Shown: piece by piece, positions 1-7,882 of the stretch
Numbering within the stretch: position 1 is the stretch's first letter
Layout: the number at the start of each line of letters is the position of its first letter
Assembly: GCA_021324115.1 (NCBI GenBank)
Contig: JAJPJS010000008.1
Coordinates: forward strand, 2,160 to 22,159
Source of the DNA: Nitrososphaerota archaeon
GTDB lineage: Archaea > Thermoproteota > Nitrososphaeria > Conexivisphaerales > DTJL01
DNA length: 20,000 nucleotides
Reading direction: 5' to 3'
Notes under the pieces: model-generated
Told to the model about the DNA's origin: nothing
What the model saw: the letters and a program-made list of their open reading frames with translations, nothing else
Database searches by the model: none
Program-made: the position numbers and the translations under genes

Positions 1-2
1 TA

Positions 3-197
3 TCGAAGAACTTCAGTGCTGAAGAATTGATACAGGTAAGTTATTCTGCGGATGGCATCCGCGAAAGAGAGATGAAAGCACTGAAGAAGGCAGAGAAGGA
101 AACAGGCGCAAGGGAATCTACACTGCTGACCTGGGATACGTATGGTAAACAGGATAGAGTCAGGTTGGTACCTATCTGGTACTGGCTACTGACCTGA
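3..197 (+). CDS. C-terminal fragment of a probable archaeal AAA+ ATPase (DUF4143/DUF234-type C-terminus), 5' truncated by the window edge
   Basis: Manual frame-3 translation gives SKNFSAEELIQVSYSADGIREREMKALKKAEKETGARESTLLTWDTYGKQDRVRLVPIWYWLLT*. The pattern 'ALxxAxKExGxxESxxLTWD...VxxVPIWYWLL' resembles the end of this archaeal ATPase family. The ORF is not in the supplied track because it lacks a start. Confidence 0.6.
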   Translation, partial: SKNFSAEELIQVSYSADGIREREMKALKKAEKETGARESTLLTWDTYGKQDRVRLVPIWYWLLT

Positions 198-808
198 CTG
201 GGTTAAGCTTCGAACATTAAAACCGAAGCAGAGAAGCTGACCGATTATATACAACTGCAATCCGCATAATCAAATACAAATCTCAGGAAGGCGTGGAGGA
301 TAGGTGGAGGGTTGCACATCAAAATCTCTCCCCCCCTTGTGGTTATTCCACTTCCCTCGAATTTTATTTTTTTCTTTTTGCGCCCCCTCGGTGTTCTATC
401 CCATTACCTTCATTCGTTCATGTTACCTTCGTCTTTCCGCCCTTGCATTTCAATTCTTAATTGTTCACGTCACTTACTATCCTCTTATCATCATTGTTCT
501 GTCATTATTTGTTTGCATTATCTCCATCTTTTGATTCTTAATTTTTGATTTGATTGCATTGTACTCAGTGAGAATTCCTTCACATATTTATTTGTCTGTC
601 CTTGCATTATCTTGAATTGTGCGGCCTGGGTTCTTAAAGATAGATTTGTTTCTGGGAAATGGTGCACGAAAAATGACTCTTCGTATATTTGCCGAGTTGG
701 AATGTACGATACTGCCAACCCGCCCCTTATGCATTCTTGGCTCACAGATACCTCTTTCAGGATCTGAACCATATTTGAGACCGCATATGGCCCACACAGA
801 TATTAGGA

Positions 809-884
809 TGGGCCGGACAGGATTCGAACCTGTGACCAACTGCGTGTAAGGCAGTTATCCTAAACCAGACTAGACGACCGGCCC
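809..884 (-). tRNA. tRNA-Val (anticodon TAC)
   Basis: The reverse complement is GGGCCGG TC GTCTAGTCTGGTTTAGGAT AACTGC CTTACAC GCAGT TGGTC ACAGG TTCGAAT CCTGT CCGGCCC A. It has a 7-bp acceptor stem, the anticodon stem ACTGC/GCAGT with loop CTTACAC, the T-arm ACAGG-TTCGAAT-CCTGT, and no intron. Confidence 0.95.
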
Positions 885-1291
885 CATCGCGAAGCCCAGG
901 TTTGGCGCTATTAAGAATTTTGAATTGGCTCAAAACTTTTGCCAACTAACCCTTGAGAAATTCCGTGGCTCACAGTCAATGTATGCAGTTGACAGAATAT
1001 TTTCAAACTCGGAAACAGAGTAATGATGTGTTTCGCTCTGTCATCTTTGTGCGTTGTGTTTGGATTCTCGGTTACTGGGGGAGGGCTTATCATTTGGTAC
1101 CAAATTCCAAACGTTATCCAAGTCTGGTCAAACGATAGAAAGAGAGGAAAACTAGCCCCAGATGTAGATCAGCAACCGTATAAAACAGACTCTTATCCAA
1201 AAATGTGCTTTTCCAAGTCTCTATCGTGGCTAACACGATTCCTTGCATCAAAAACGCGAAGGTTATTAATGAGTTCCAATGAATTATTGGT

Positions 1292-1525
1292 ATGACAGTT
1301 AATCCTGAATTGAAGTGTTTGGTAGAAGATTATGCGAACGAATCCGTTCGTTTCTTGGAGATAGTTGACTTTTACCGGCGTAGCCAGGAAGATGTCAAAA
1401 GCTACATGGACGAAGTAGTACGAAATCTCACTGGGAAAAATTTCAGTTCACATTTTTCTGCATTATTGAACGAACAGAAATCAGCCAAGGCAAACAGGAA
1501 CAGAAAACAAAAGAGGAAAAAGTAG
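1292..1525 (+). CDS. small hypothetical protein with a basic C-terminus (77 aa)
   Basis: ATG start, TATA-like TTATTAAT about 23-28 nt upstream, non-repetitive amino-acid composition, and a stop 1 nt before the convergent pheT stop. Confidence 0.55.
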   Translation: MTVNPELKCLVEDYANESVRFLEIVDFYRRSQEDVKSYMDEVVRNLTGKNFSSHFSALLNEQKSAKANRNRKQKRKK

Positions 1526-1526
1526 A

Positions 1527-3170
1527 TCAAAATAACTTCGATATCGAAAACTCGAACACGGAAACCGGCATTTTTATTTTGAACAGGTTGAGCACATGTG
1601 GCGCAACTTCGCCTAGATAACCAATTTCTTTGCCTTGTAGGTAGATAGATGCCGCTCTACCATCCAAAAGAAAGGGAATGGAAGCTCCGGTGTACGTCGC
1701 CTCGAAGCCGCAGGTTTTCTCGATGATAGCATCGACGACGGACTTCATGTCAGAAAAAGGTGTTACATCTGCTGCAATAGCCCCTCCAATCTTCAACTCT
1801 TCATTCACCCCTGTTTCTGCATTATGATCACGTCTTAAGCAACTTCCGATTTCGAACAATCTCTGAGGATACTGTTCATGCACATTGTTGCCAAGTACCT
1901 CAAGGATACCCGGTACCAAAAGATCTCTCATATATTCATACAGCTTGGTTTTTGACGATTCTACCTTAAGAGCATCCGCATCGCTCCTTCCGACATTCAC
2001 GTACTGAGTATTCACACTTTTCAATGTGAAGGTGACCACTTCCTGAAATCCAAGGCCCAACACCAGCCTCCTCATTGAATCAATCAAGCCAGATTCGGTG
2101 GAAGGTCTTCCCTTTGAATATGGGAAATCAGTATCAGGAACAAGATTTTCATATCCAAAACCATAACCAACCTCCTCCACCACATCAACTGGATGAAGTA
2201 TATCGACCCTGTATCTGGGTATCGATGCAATGATTTTTTTACCTTTGACTGCAGCATCAAAACGGGTCCTAAGCAAAGAATCCTTTATCTTACTGACCGG
2301 GAGGTTAACACCAAGAAGTGTGGACACGTCATGGACACTTATAGCACACTTTTTCGGTCTGGTATCAGGCGTGATTCTAGCTTTATCACCATCACTAATC
2401 CGAACAGACTGAACAGATCCACCTAAATCCCAGAGTGTCTCCGATACAATGGCAAGTGCGTTTTCCGTCGCAGTAAGATCATGTCCGGTTATGTCTACAA
2501 ATAGTGTCTTTGTCGAACTTGTGACTGCAGTTGCCGAGCCGTTTATTATGGGAGGCATTGAAAGCACAGTCCCTCTGCTGTCCATCAGCATCGGATATCT
2601 TTTCGACAAACTCACCAAGCCACCGTACTTCTTGCCTTGTTCGGTTTTTTCAATCACCTCTTCGACAGTCATTTCCTTGGAAGCACCGAGCGGTACAAAC
2701 TTGAATTTGGAATCGACCGTGGTATACCTAATTGCCGATTCTAAATGACCTGCGTCATGCAAGCCTATCGCCAGTTTCTTCCTTCTTCTTCCGATTCCTT
2801 CGTGAAGGTCCTCCTGCATGCCAATTAATTGTCTTACATCTTCGTCATCTAGTCTGATGTTCTTGGCCAACAATGCTACGATGAACGGCCTCACCCGCTT
2901 TACCGATGCATCCACCGTCACCGTCCAACCGGATGGTTTCATTGCATGTTTTGGCAGGCCAAGCTCGATGCCCAGTTTACCTCTGATAGCCCTCGCAATT
3001 CCATAATCCGAAGAATAGTCAGGTCGGTTTGGGTCGTATTCGAGTCTCAGTGTACTACCGGTCTCAGACTCTACATGGATTCCAAGAGAAACGAGTATCT
3101 CGGGAAGCCTTTCCTTTGGAGCTCCGGATAGCCTGCCCAATCGTTCCTTTTCTACAAGTATTACGGGTAT
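1527..3170 (-). CDS. pheT: phenylalanyl-tRNA synthetase beta subunit; start uncertain (ATA at 3168-3170 by N-terminal pattern; first canonical start is TTG at 3138-3140)
   Basis: Archaeal PheT-like sequence: LSGAPKERLPEILVSLGIHVESE...LRLEYDPNRPDYSSDYGIARAIRG...VEEVGYGFGYENL...LRDLLVPGILEVLGNNVHEQYPQRLFEIG...YLGEVAPHVLNLFKIKMPVSVFEFSI. It lies directly after pheS. Confidence 0.93.
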   Translation of the reverse strand: MPVILVEKERLGRLSGAPKERLPEILVSLGIHVESETGSTLRLEYDPNRPDYSSDYGIARAIRGKLGIELGLPKHAMKPSGWTVTVDASVKRVRPFIVALLAKNIRLDDEDVRQLIGMQEDLHEGIGRRRKKLAIGLHDAGHLESAIRYTTVDSKFKFVPLGASKEMTVEEVIEKTEQGKKYGGLVSLSKRYPMLMDSRGTVLSMPPIINGSATAVTSSTKTLFVDITGHDLTATENALAIVSETLWDLGGSVQSVRISDGDKARITPDTRPKKCAISVHDVSTLLGVNLPVSKIKDSLLRTRFDAAVKGKKIIASIPRYRVDILHPVDVVEEVGYGFGYENLVPDTDFPYSKGRPSTESGLIDSMRRLVLGLGFQEVVTFTLKSVNTQYVNVGRSDADALKVESSKTKLYEYMRDLLVPGILEVLGNNVHEQYPQRLFEIGSCLRRDHNAETGVNEELKIGGAIAADVTPFSDMKSVVDAIIEKTCGFEATYTGASIPFLLDGRAASIYLQGKEIGYLGEVAPHVLNLFKIKMPVSVFEFSISKLF

Positions 3171-4639
3171 TCTCTAACACCTCTTAGCCATTTGAGTGAA
3201 TTTGAATACAGATCTCTGATATCCTTCAGTCCATACCTCAGTAGGGCCATTCTTTCGAGACCGAAACCCCAGGCAAGAACGTTGTTCTTGACGCCAAGCG
3301 GCCTTACGACTTCCGGTCTGAACACGCCCGACCCACCCAACTCTATCCACTGTTCAAGTTGCTTTGAGTATACCTGAGGTTCGAATGAGGGTTCAGTATA
3401 TGGAAAATAAGTTGGCACGAACCTAACATCTTCAAACCCCAGACCTTTGTAGAATTCTGACATATAGCCCAGCAGTTTGCGTGCCGTGGCGCCTCTTTCC
3501 GACACCACACCTTCAATCTGCATAAACTCGAACAGATGCGTTGCATCCAAACTTTCGTTTCTGAATACCCTCCCAATTGAGAATATTCTCGATTCCCTGT
3601 CCGGATTTTCGGCGAGATATCTTGAGCTGAGTGCTGTCGTATGCGTCCTTAAAACGGAACGCTCTGACTCATTTCTCGACCATTTATACCTCCAGCCTAT
3701 TGAACCCGTCTTCCAGCCATTTTCGTGCGTGGCCCTCACTTTATCTATTATCTCTTCCGAATTCAGTTTCGACCTGACACCCATTACATACAGAGTATCC
3801 TGCATATCACGGGCGGGATGGTCTTGTGGTGTAAAGAGAGCATCAAACACCCAGAAGCTGGGTTGTACCAACGAGCCCTGAATCTCCTCGAACCCCATCG
3901 ACACCCAGACATTTCTCACTTCCCTGACAAGCCGAGTGATAGGATGCTCACGTCCCGGATACACCGGTTTACTCGGTGCGAGGACGTCTATTTTGGAAAA
4001 GGCTATCTTTCGTCCCAAGGACTGCTTTATGAGTGAAGGAGTGACCACAGTTTCCAGTTTTTCCTCCTCGAATGATCCGGGGGGAAGACGCACAAGTCGT
4101 ACCAAGGATTGTTTTGTTTCCTTCAATTCCAAAAGTCCAGGCCTGTTCCTTAACCGTCCAAATACCTCCTTTTCATCGGCATTCAATTCATCAATTCTTC
4201 GCTCCTTGGAAGCCAACGATTCTAGAAAATCTTCATCCGGTAAGCGCTTATCACTCGTTGAACCGGGAAGTAGCTTACCACCTGCTTCCACTTCAATCAG
4301 ACCAAGCGACTTCGCTCTGCCCAAGGCAGCGTTAAACTCTCTTTCTGACATGGTCGATTTGCTTCTGAGAAGAGGAATGGTTATTCCCTTGTTCGACTTT
4401 ACAATCTTTGCAATCTGTCTTTCGGGAAGACCGTTCTTCACAGCAATCATGCCTTCTGGACCCAGAGTCACAAATCTCTGAACGTCGGTAACAACATCAA
4501 CAAAACCCTTCTCCTTCAACCACTCTATCGTCCTTCTGACCCTGTCCGTCGGCCCCTTGGTTTCCCTTGCCATTTCCTCGATCGTAGCCTGCTTTTTCTG
4601 TGACAGATAACGAAGCGCTTCCCTCTCTAACCAGTGCAG
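3161..4639 (-). CDS. pheS: phenylalanyl-tRNA synthetase alpha subunit; ATG at 4573 is probably internal and the frame stays open upstream to about 4667
   Basis: Class II aaRS motifs: HPITRLVREVRNVWVSMGFEEIQGSLVQPSFWVFDALFTPQDHPARDMQDTLY, FRNESLDATHLFEFMQIEG, and AWGFGLERMALLRYGLKDIRDLYSNSLKWLR. The frame upstream of the ATG encodes the expected winged-helix N-terminus, LHWLEREALRYLSQKKQATIEEM. Confidence 0.93.
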   Translation of the reverse strand: MHWLEREALRYLSQKKQATIEEMARETKGPTDRVRRTIEWLKEKGFVDVVTDVQRFVTLGPEGMIAVKNGLPERQIAKIVKSNKGITIPLLRSKSTMSEREFNAALGRAKSLGLIEVEAGGKLLPGSTSDKRLPDEDFLESLASKERRIDELNADEKEVFGRLRNRPGLLELKETKQSLVRLVRLPPGSFEEEKLETVVTPSLIKQSLGRKIAFSKIDVLAPSKPVYPGREHPITRLVREVRNVWVSMGFEEIQGSLVQPSFWVFDALFTPQDHPARDMQDTLYVMGVRSKLNSEEIIDKVRATHENGWKTGSIGWRYKWSRNESERSVLRTHTTALSSRYLAENPDRESRIFSIGRVFRNESLDATHLFEFMQIEGVVSERGATARKLLGYMSEFYKGLGFEDVRFVPTYFPYTEPSFEPQVYSKQLEQWIELGGSGVFRPEVVRPLGVKNNVLAWGFGLERMALLRYGLKDIRDLYSNSLKWLRGVREYP

Positions 4640-4659
4640 AACTCTGTCTTTACTGGATT

Positions 4660-5229
4660 CTAACTCGTCTCACCCTTTCTTACGATGGCCATCTTCTTGG
4701 GGTTTAAAAGCTGTTTTTTTGGACTCCCGCCACCAGCAGATCGGATAAGATGGCCTTCGATATCTATCTCTCTCTTTCTGACCCTGGTGGAAGAAATCCG
4801 CACCCCATCGTCGGCTAGCACCAGCGGCACCATGAGAATATCGACGGGACGAAGTCCCTTCTTAATTCTGGCCGCATTCCCTGATTCAGCCCTGGGCAGA
4901 CTTTCAGGGGTCACTACGATCGCCTCCACCTTGGGGTCGCTGCCAAACGGACCATATGGTTCGTAAAGGGGAAAGGTTTCCCATTTTGCTTTGGGGTGTT
5001 TTTTTCTTATGTATTCTTCGACGGCCTTCCTCCTTTCATTGAAATTTCCGTCCGGCATTTTCCCCAGAGCCTTGGCCAGTTCATCCGAAACAACACCTAT
5101 CAGGACCCTATCTCCTCTTCTGAAACCTTCATCGAGCAGTGCCCTGTGCCCCTTGTGCAAGTGGTCAAACGTTCCACCGAGCGCGATTACTCTGTACCTT
5201 TTACGTGCATTGGTTCGGCTATGTGACAA
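4660..5229 (-). CDS. coaD: archaeal-type phosphopantetheine adenylyltransferase, probable TTG start at 5227-5229
   Basis: RYRVIALGGTFDHLHKGHRALLDEGFRRGDRVLIGVVSDE is the nucleotidyltransferase T/HxGH signature, followed by PLYEPYGPFGSDPKVEAIVVTPES. TTG in the correct frame precedes SHSRTNARKRYRVIALGG. The listed ORF start at 5349 would extend into the divergent gene. Confidence 0.88.
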   Translation of the reverse strand: MSHSRTNARKRYRVIALGGTFDHLHKGHRALLDEGFRRGDRVLIGVVSDELAKALGKMPDGNFNERRKAVEEYIRKKHPKAKWETFPLYEPYGPFGSDPKVEAIVVTPESLPRAESGNAARIKKGLRPVDILMVPLVLADDGVRISSTRVRKREIDIEGHLIRSAGGGSPKKQLLNPKKMAIVRKGETS

Positions 5230-5258
5230 ACTGTTCGCTAAGCTTAAAACCACATCGA

Positions 5259-5267
5259 ATTTAAAGA
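5259..5267. promoter_or_regulatory. candidate TATA element(s) in the divergent coaD / methionine aminopeptidase promoter region
   Basis: ATTTAAAGA, with a palindromic TTTAAA core, lies about 24 nt upstream of the + strand ATG at 5286 and about 33 nt upstream of the - strand TTG at 5229. Confidence 0.45.
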
Positions 5268-5285
5268 ATTCCGAAGCTGTTACAA

Positions 5286-6185
5286 ATGACCCCATATGAA
5301 GCGTATACAAAGGCTGGTTCAGTTGCAGCCAGGGTTCGAGAAACGTCAAAGAACCTGGTCAGACAGGGTGCCTTAATCATCGATATCTGTGAGGAGCTTG
5401 AATCCAGCATAAGAAAACTTGGTGCTCAGCCCGCGTTTCCCTGTAACGTATCACAGAATTCTGAGGCGGCTCACTATACTGCTGGGATCGGAGACGGAAG
5501 AAAGATCGAGGCTGGTGCCATAGTTAAGATTGATGTGGGTGCGCATGTTGAAGGTTACATCGCTGACACGGCCACAACCGTGAGCCTGTCCCATGAATTC
5601 GACAGAATGACGATTGTCAACAAGCAGCTCCTGGAGGATGCCGTCAAGACCATTCGGGGCGGCGTCAGCATTTCGGTGGTGGCAAACGCGGTCGAACCCG
5701 CGGCACACAGAAACGGCTTCAAACCGATTTCAAATCTCGCGGGGCACGAGCTTGGAAACTATATCATCCATGCAGGTGTATCGGTGCCAAACGTGAGCGA
5801 ACCTGTGAATGAATCATTCAAGTACGATACTGCCTATGCAGTTGAACCATTTCTTGTGCCACATGAGGCCGACGGCTCCGTGGTAAACGGTCCCGGAGGA
5901 AACATATACCGTTTGGTTTCAAGAAAAAGGACAAAGAATCAGGGTCTGGACCAGATTGTGGAATTTATTTGGAACAAATTCAAGTCCCTGCCGTTCTCCC
6001 CCAGGTGGCTGATCCAGGAGTTCGGTGAACGAACCGTAACGAATGGGATGAGCGAACTATCAAAATTGAAGCTGGTGATGCAGTATCCCAGGCTGGTGGA
6101 ATCGTCTGGAGCGATGGTGTCCCAATTCGAACACACGATATACGTATCGAAGGAGTCGACCAGGGTAACTACTGCGTTCCCTTGA
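5286..6185 (+). CDS. map: type II methionine aminopeptidase (M24 family)
   Basis: INCEELE-like N-terminus (LIIDICEELESSIRKLGAQPAFPCNVSQNSEAAHYTAG), metal-ligand regions VKIDVGAHVEGYIADTATT, NLAGHELGNYIIHAGVSVPNV and YAVEPFLV, and C-terminal FEHTIYV. Confidence 0.93.
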   Translation: MTPYEAYTKAGSVAARVRETSKNLVRQGALIIDICEELESSIRKLGAQPAFPCNVSQNSEAAHYTAGIGDGRKIEAGAIVKIDVGAHVEGYIADTATTVSLSHEFDRMTIVNKQLLEDAVKTIRGGVSISVVANAVEPAAHRNGFKPISNLAGHELGNYIIHAGVSVPNVSEPVNESFKYDTAYAVEPFLVPHEADGSVVNGPGGNIYRLVSRKRTKNQGLDQIVEFIWNKFKSLPFSPRWLIQEFGERTVTNGMSELSKLKLVMQYPRLVESSGAMVSQFEHTIYVSKESTRVTTAFP

Positions 6186-6369
6186 CGAGCGGTTCTGCAT
6201 ATATGGCGGATATCATCATCTCACGACCGCACTTTGGACATTTCCCGGACCGTTTGATAACGAAGTCACCCTTCTGAAACGGTCTTTTGTTGTCTATGCC
6301 GCAAACCTCGCAATGCTCCACAGAAAAGACGACCTGTTGTTGTTCACTTCCTAGTTCTGCACCCATCAT
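6169..6369 (-). CDS. small zinc-ribbon-like hypothetical protein (66 aa)
   Basis: HCEVCG...GKCPKCGREM contains two CxxC knuckles. It lies immediately downstream of the DUF1512-like gene on the same strand and overlaps the 3' end of map by 17 nt. Confidence 0.65.
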   Translation of the reverse strand: MMGAELGSEQQQVVFSVEHCEVCGIDNKRPFQKGDFVIKRSGKCPKCGREMMISAIYAEPLVKGTQ

Positions 6370-6382
6370 CTCAGATTATCTC

Positions 6383-7504
6383 CTACTGGGCTACCCCTAG
6401 GGTATTTCCAACCCCCACGACAACCACCTTGCCATTTTCAGGCACCCTCTCTTCTATTATCCTGAAGACAGATTCCTGCACAGTCTTGACGGATTCCGCT
6501 ATCTCCTTTCTCATCGCCCCTATCGCTTCTACGATGGATTCCTTCACAACAACGGCGTATACGGGTACCTTCTTCTCGAAGGCAAGCTGCTCTATCTTGA
6601 ACTTTTCAATACCATAGCCGCCTATGGCTGCACCAACCCCCTCGCTTACTTCTCCTGTCTTCTCGCCCTCGAGTTTCAGTGCGGCATCAATCATTATAAT
6701 CGCGGAAATATCCTTGTGCTGGTCACTTGCAATCTTGATCAACGCATCATCAACTTCGCCCACATTGCCTTCGGGACCCTGCGCTTTGAGGAAGATCAAC
6801 TTTCTACCCTTGTATTCCGATTCAGCCATAACGGTCTCGGTTCCAATCTCTACTTTGTCTCTGTCCTTCATGAGAAGAGCGACAGCCATAGGACCGATCC
6901 CATCTCCAAGCGGTTGCCCCATTTCAAGGGTTGGCATCGCATTTACAAGAGCTTCGGCCTGCTTCAGAAGCATCGGCATGATCATCTGGAGTTGCGCCAG
7001 AAGGTAGTAGTTACTTCCCTTTTTACCCAGAAAATAATAATGCCTAACGATCTTGAAAATCTGATTCAAGGCAGAGGCTATCCCCACCATCTGTTCGGCC
7101 ACGCTTCTGCCAACCCGGTCCGTATTAGGAAGTAGGTCTTCAACCTCCTTCTTGATCCTCTTATCCTGCGTTGTTATTATGGAGTCGAATCTTTTCACCA
7201 CACCCACTGGGTCCATTGAGACGGGGGGGATCGTAAAGTACTCAAGGAAATCATCGAGCCTGGAAGTAGTGTTTGAATCTGTGGCCGTTTTGGGCGCGAC
7301 ATAACTTACAAGCACCTGCTTGGACTTGTCCCTTAGCATCTTCAATCGAGTAAGATTTCTTGAAACCTGGCCGAGTGTGACACTCACCTGAAGTCGCTGA
7401 CCCCAGAAGAGTAGAACTATCCAGGGTACTGCAATGAACAGAAACTGGAGTATGTCCAGGTATACAGAGCCAGAACCGAAGAGGTTAAGCTGAAAAGTGA
7501 TCAT
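6383..7504 (-). CDS. DUF1512-like archaeal protein with one N-terminal transmembrane segment (373 aa)
   Basis: N-terminal hydrophobic helix DILQFLFIAVPWIVLLFWG, then a long soluble domain ending in VVVVGVGNTLGVAQ. The family assignment is from recall of archaeal DUF1512 proteins. A TATA-like element lies upstream. Confidence 0.75.
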   Translation of the reverse strand: MITFQLNLFGSGSVYLDILQFLFIAVPWIVLLFWGQRLQVSVTLGQVSRNLTRLKMLRDKSKQVLVSYVAPKTATDSNTTSRLDDFLEYFTIPPVSMDPVGVVKRFDSIITTQDKRIKKEVEDLLPNTDRVGRSVAEQMVGIASALNQIFKIVRHYYFLGKKGSNYYLLAQLQMIMPMLLKQAEALVNAMPTLEMGQPLGDGIGPMAVALLMKDRDKVEIGTETVMAESEYKGRKLIFLKAQGPEGNVGEVDDALIKIASDQHKDISAIIMIDAALKLEGEKTGEVSEGVGAAIGGYGIEKFKIEQLAFEKKVPVYAVVVKESIVEAIGAMRKEIAESVKTVQESVFRIIEERVPENGKVVVVGVGNTLGVAQ

Positions 7505-7531
7505 CGTTGTTTGACCGGTGTAATTCGATGA

Positions 7532-7539
7532 CTATTAAA
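7532..7539 (-). promoter_or_regulatory. candidate TATA box for the DUF1512-like gene
   Basis: The reverse strand reads CTTTAATAG about 28-35 nt before the ATG at 7504, consistent with a leaderless or short-leader archaeal mRNA. Confidence 0.45.
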
Positions 7540-7584
7540 GCGTTATTTTGAAGTTTAGTTTTCACTCACTCATGGATTTAATGA

Positions 7585-7702
7585 GCGCCGGCACCGATGT
7601 TTCACGAGGGCTTGCGCACCTCACTAACGCATCGGCGACGGCGGGTTTAACTTCCGGGTTCGGATGGGACCGGGTGGGACCCCGCCGCTATGGCCGGCTG
7701 AG
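7585..7702 (-). rRNA. 5S ribosomal RNA (ends approximate)
   Basis: The reverse complement GCCGGCCATAGCGGCGGGGTCCCACCCGGTCCCATCCGAACCCGGAAGTTAAACCCGCCGTCGCCGATG...GTGCCGGC has the canonical 5S CCCATCCGAACCCGGAAGTTAA core and a closing helix I (GCCGGC/GCCGGC). Confidence 0.93.
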
Positions 7703-7773
7703 CACCTTTTTTGAATAGGGTAGATAACCTTTTCCAGAATCCATGAAGCAGTCGGATGAGAAAGCTGACAATA

Positions 7774-7781
7774 CTTATATA
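7774..7781 (+). promoter_or_regulatory. candidate TATA box for the rpoH-rpoB-rpoA operon
   Basis: CTTATATA lies in the intergenic region about 100 nt upstream of rpoH. It is a good match to an archaeal box A. Confidence 0.5.
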
Positions 7782-7882
7782 CGAACACACTGGGGCATTT
7801 CGTTGCAGCATGCTGAACATTGTTTTTGCCGAGAGGAATTCATGCCTCAGAATAGGTAGGCATGTAATGTTGGTGAGCGGAT

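Noticed and set aside
304-548. Two overlapping + strand ORFs of 76 and 78 aa
   Set aside because: They occupy the same C/T-rich tract in two frames. The F/S/L/I/H-rich composition follows from nucleotide skew, and there is no domain-like pattern.
619-849. + strand ORF ending ...MGRTGFEPVTNCV
   Set aside because: The C-terminus is the antisense translation of tRNA-Val (a classic spurious 'GFEPVTN' ORF), and the rest lacks protein-like features.
588-945. - strand ORFs at 588..839 and 757..945
   Set aside because: They run through the tRNA gene (e.g. MVTGSNPVRPI and HRFESCPAH) and are non-coding artefacts.
953-1295. + strand ORFs 953..1138 and 1023..1295
   Set aside because: They are mutually overlapping in different frames with no recognisable motifs. 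The second runs over the likely promoter of the ORF at 1292. Probably chance.
5230-5349. Long version of the coaD ORF starting at 5349
   Set aside because: It would extend 64 nt into the divergent map coding region. The extra N-terminus is not expected for phosphopantetheine adenylyltransferase, and TTG at 5229 fits better.
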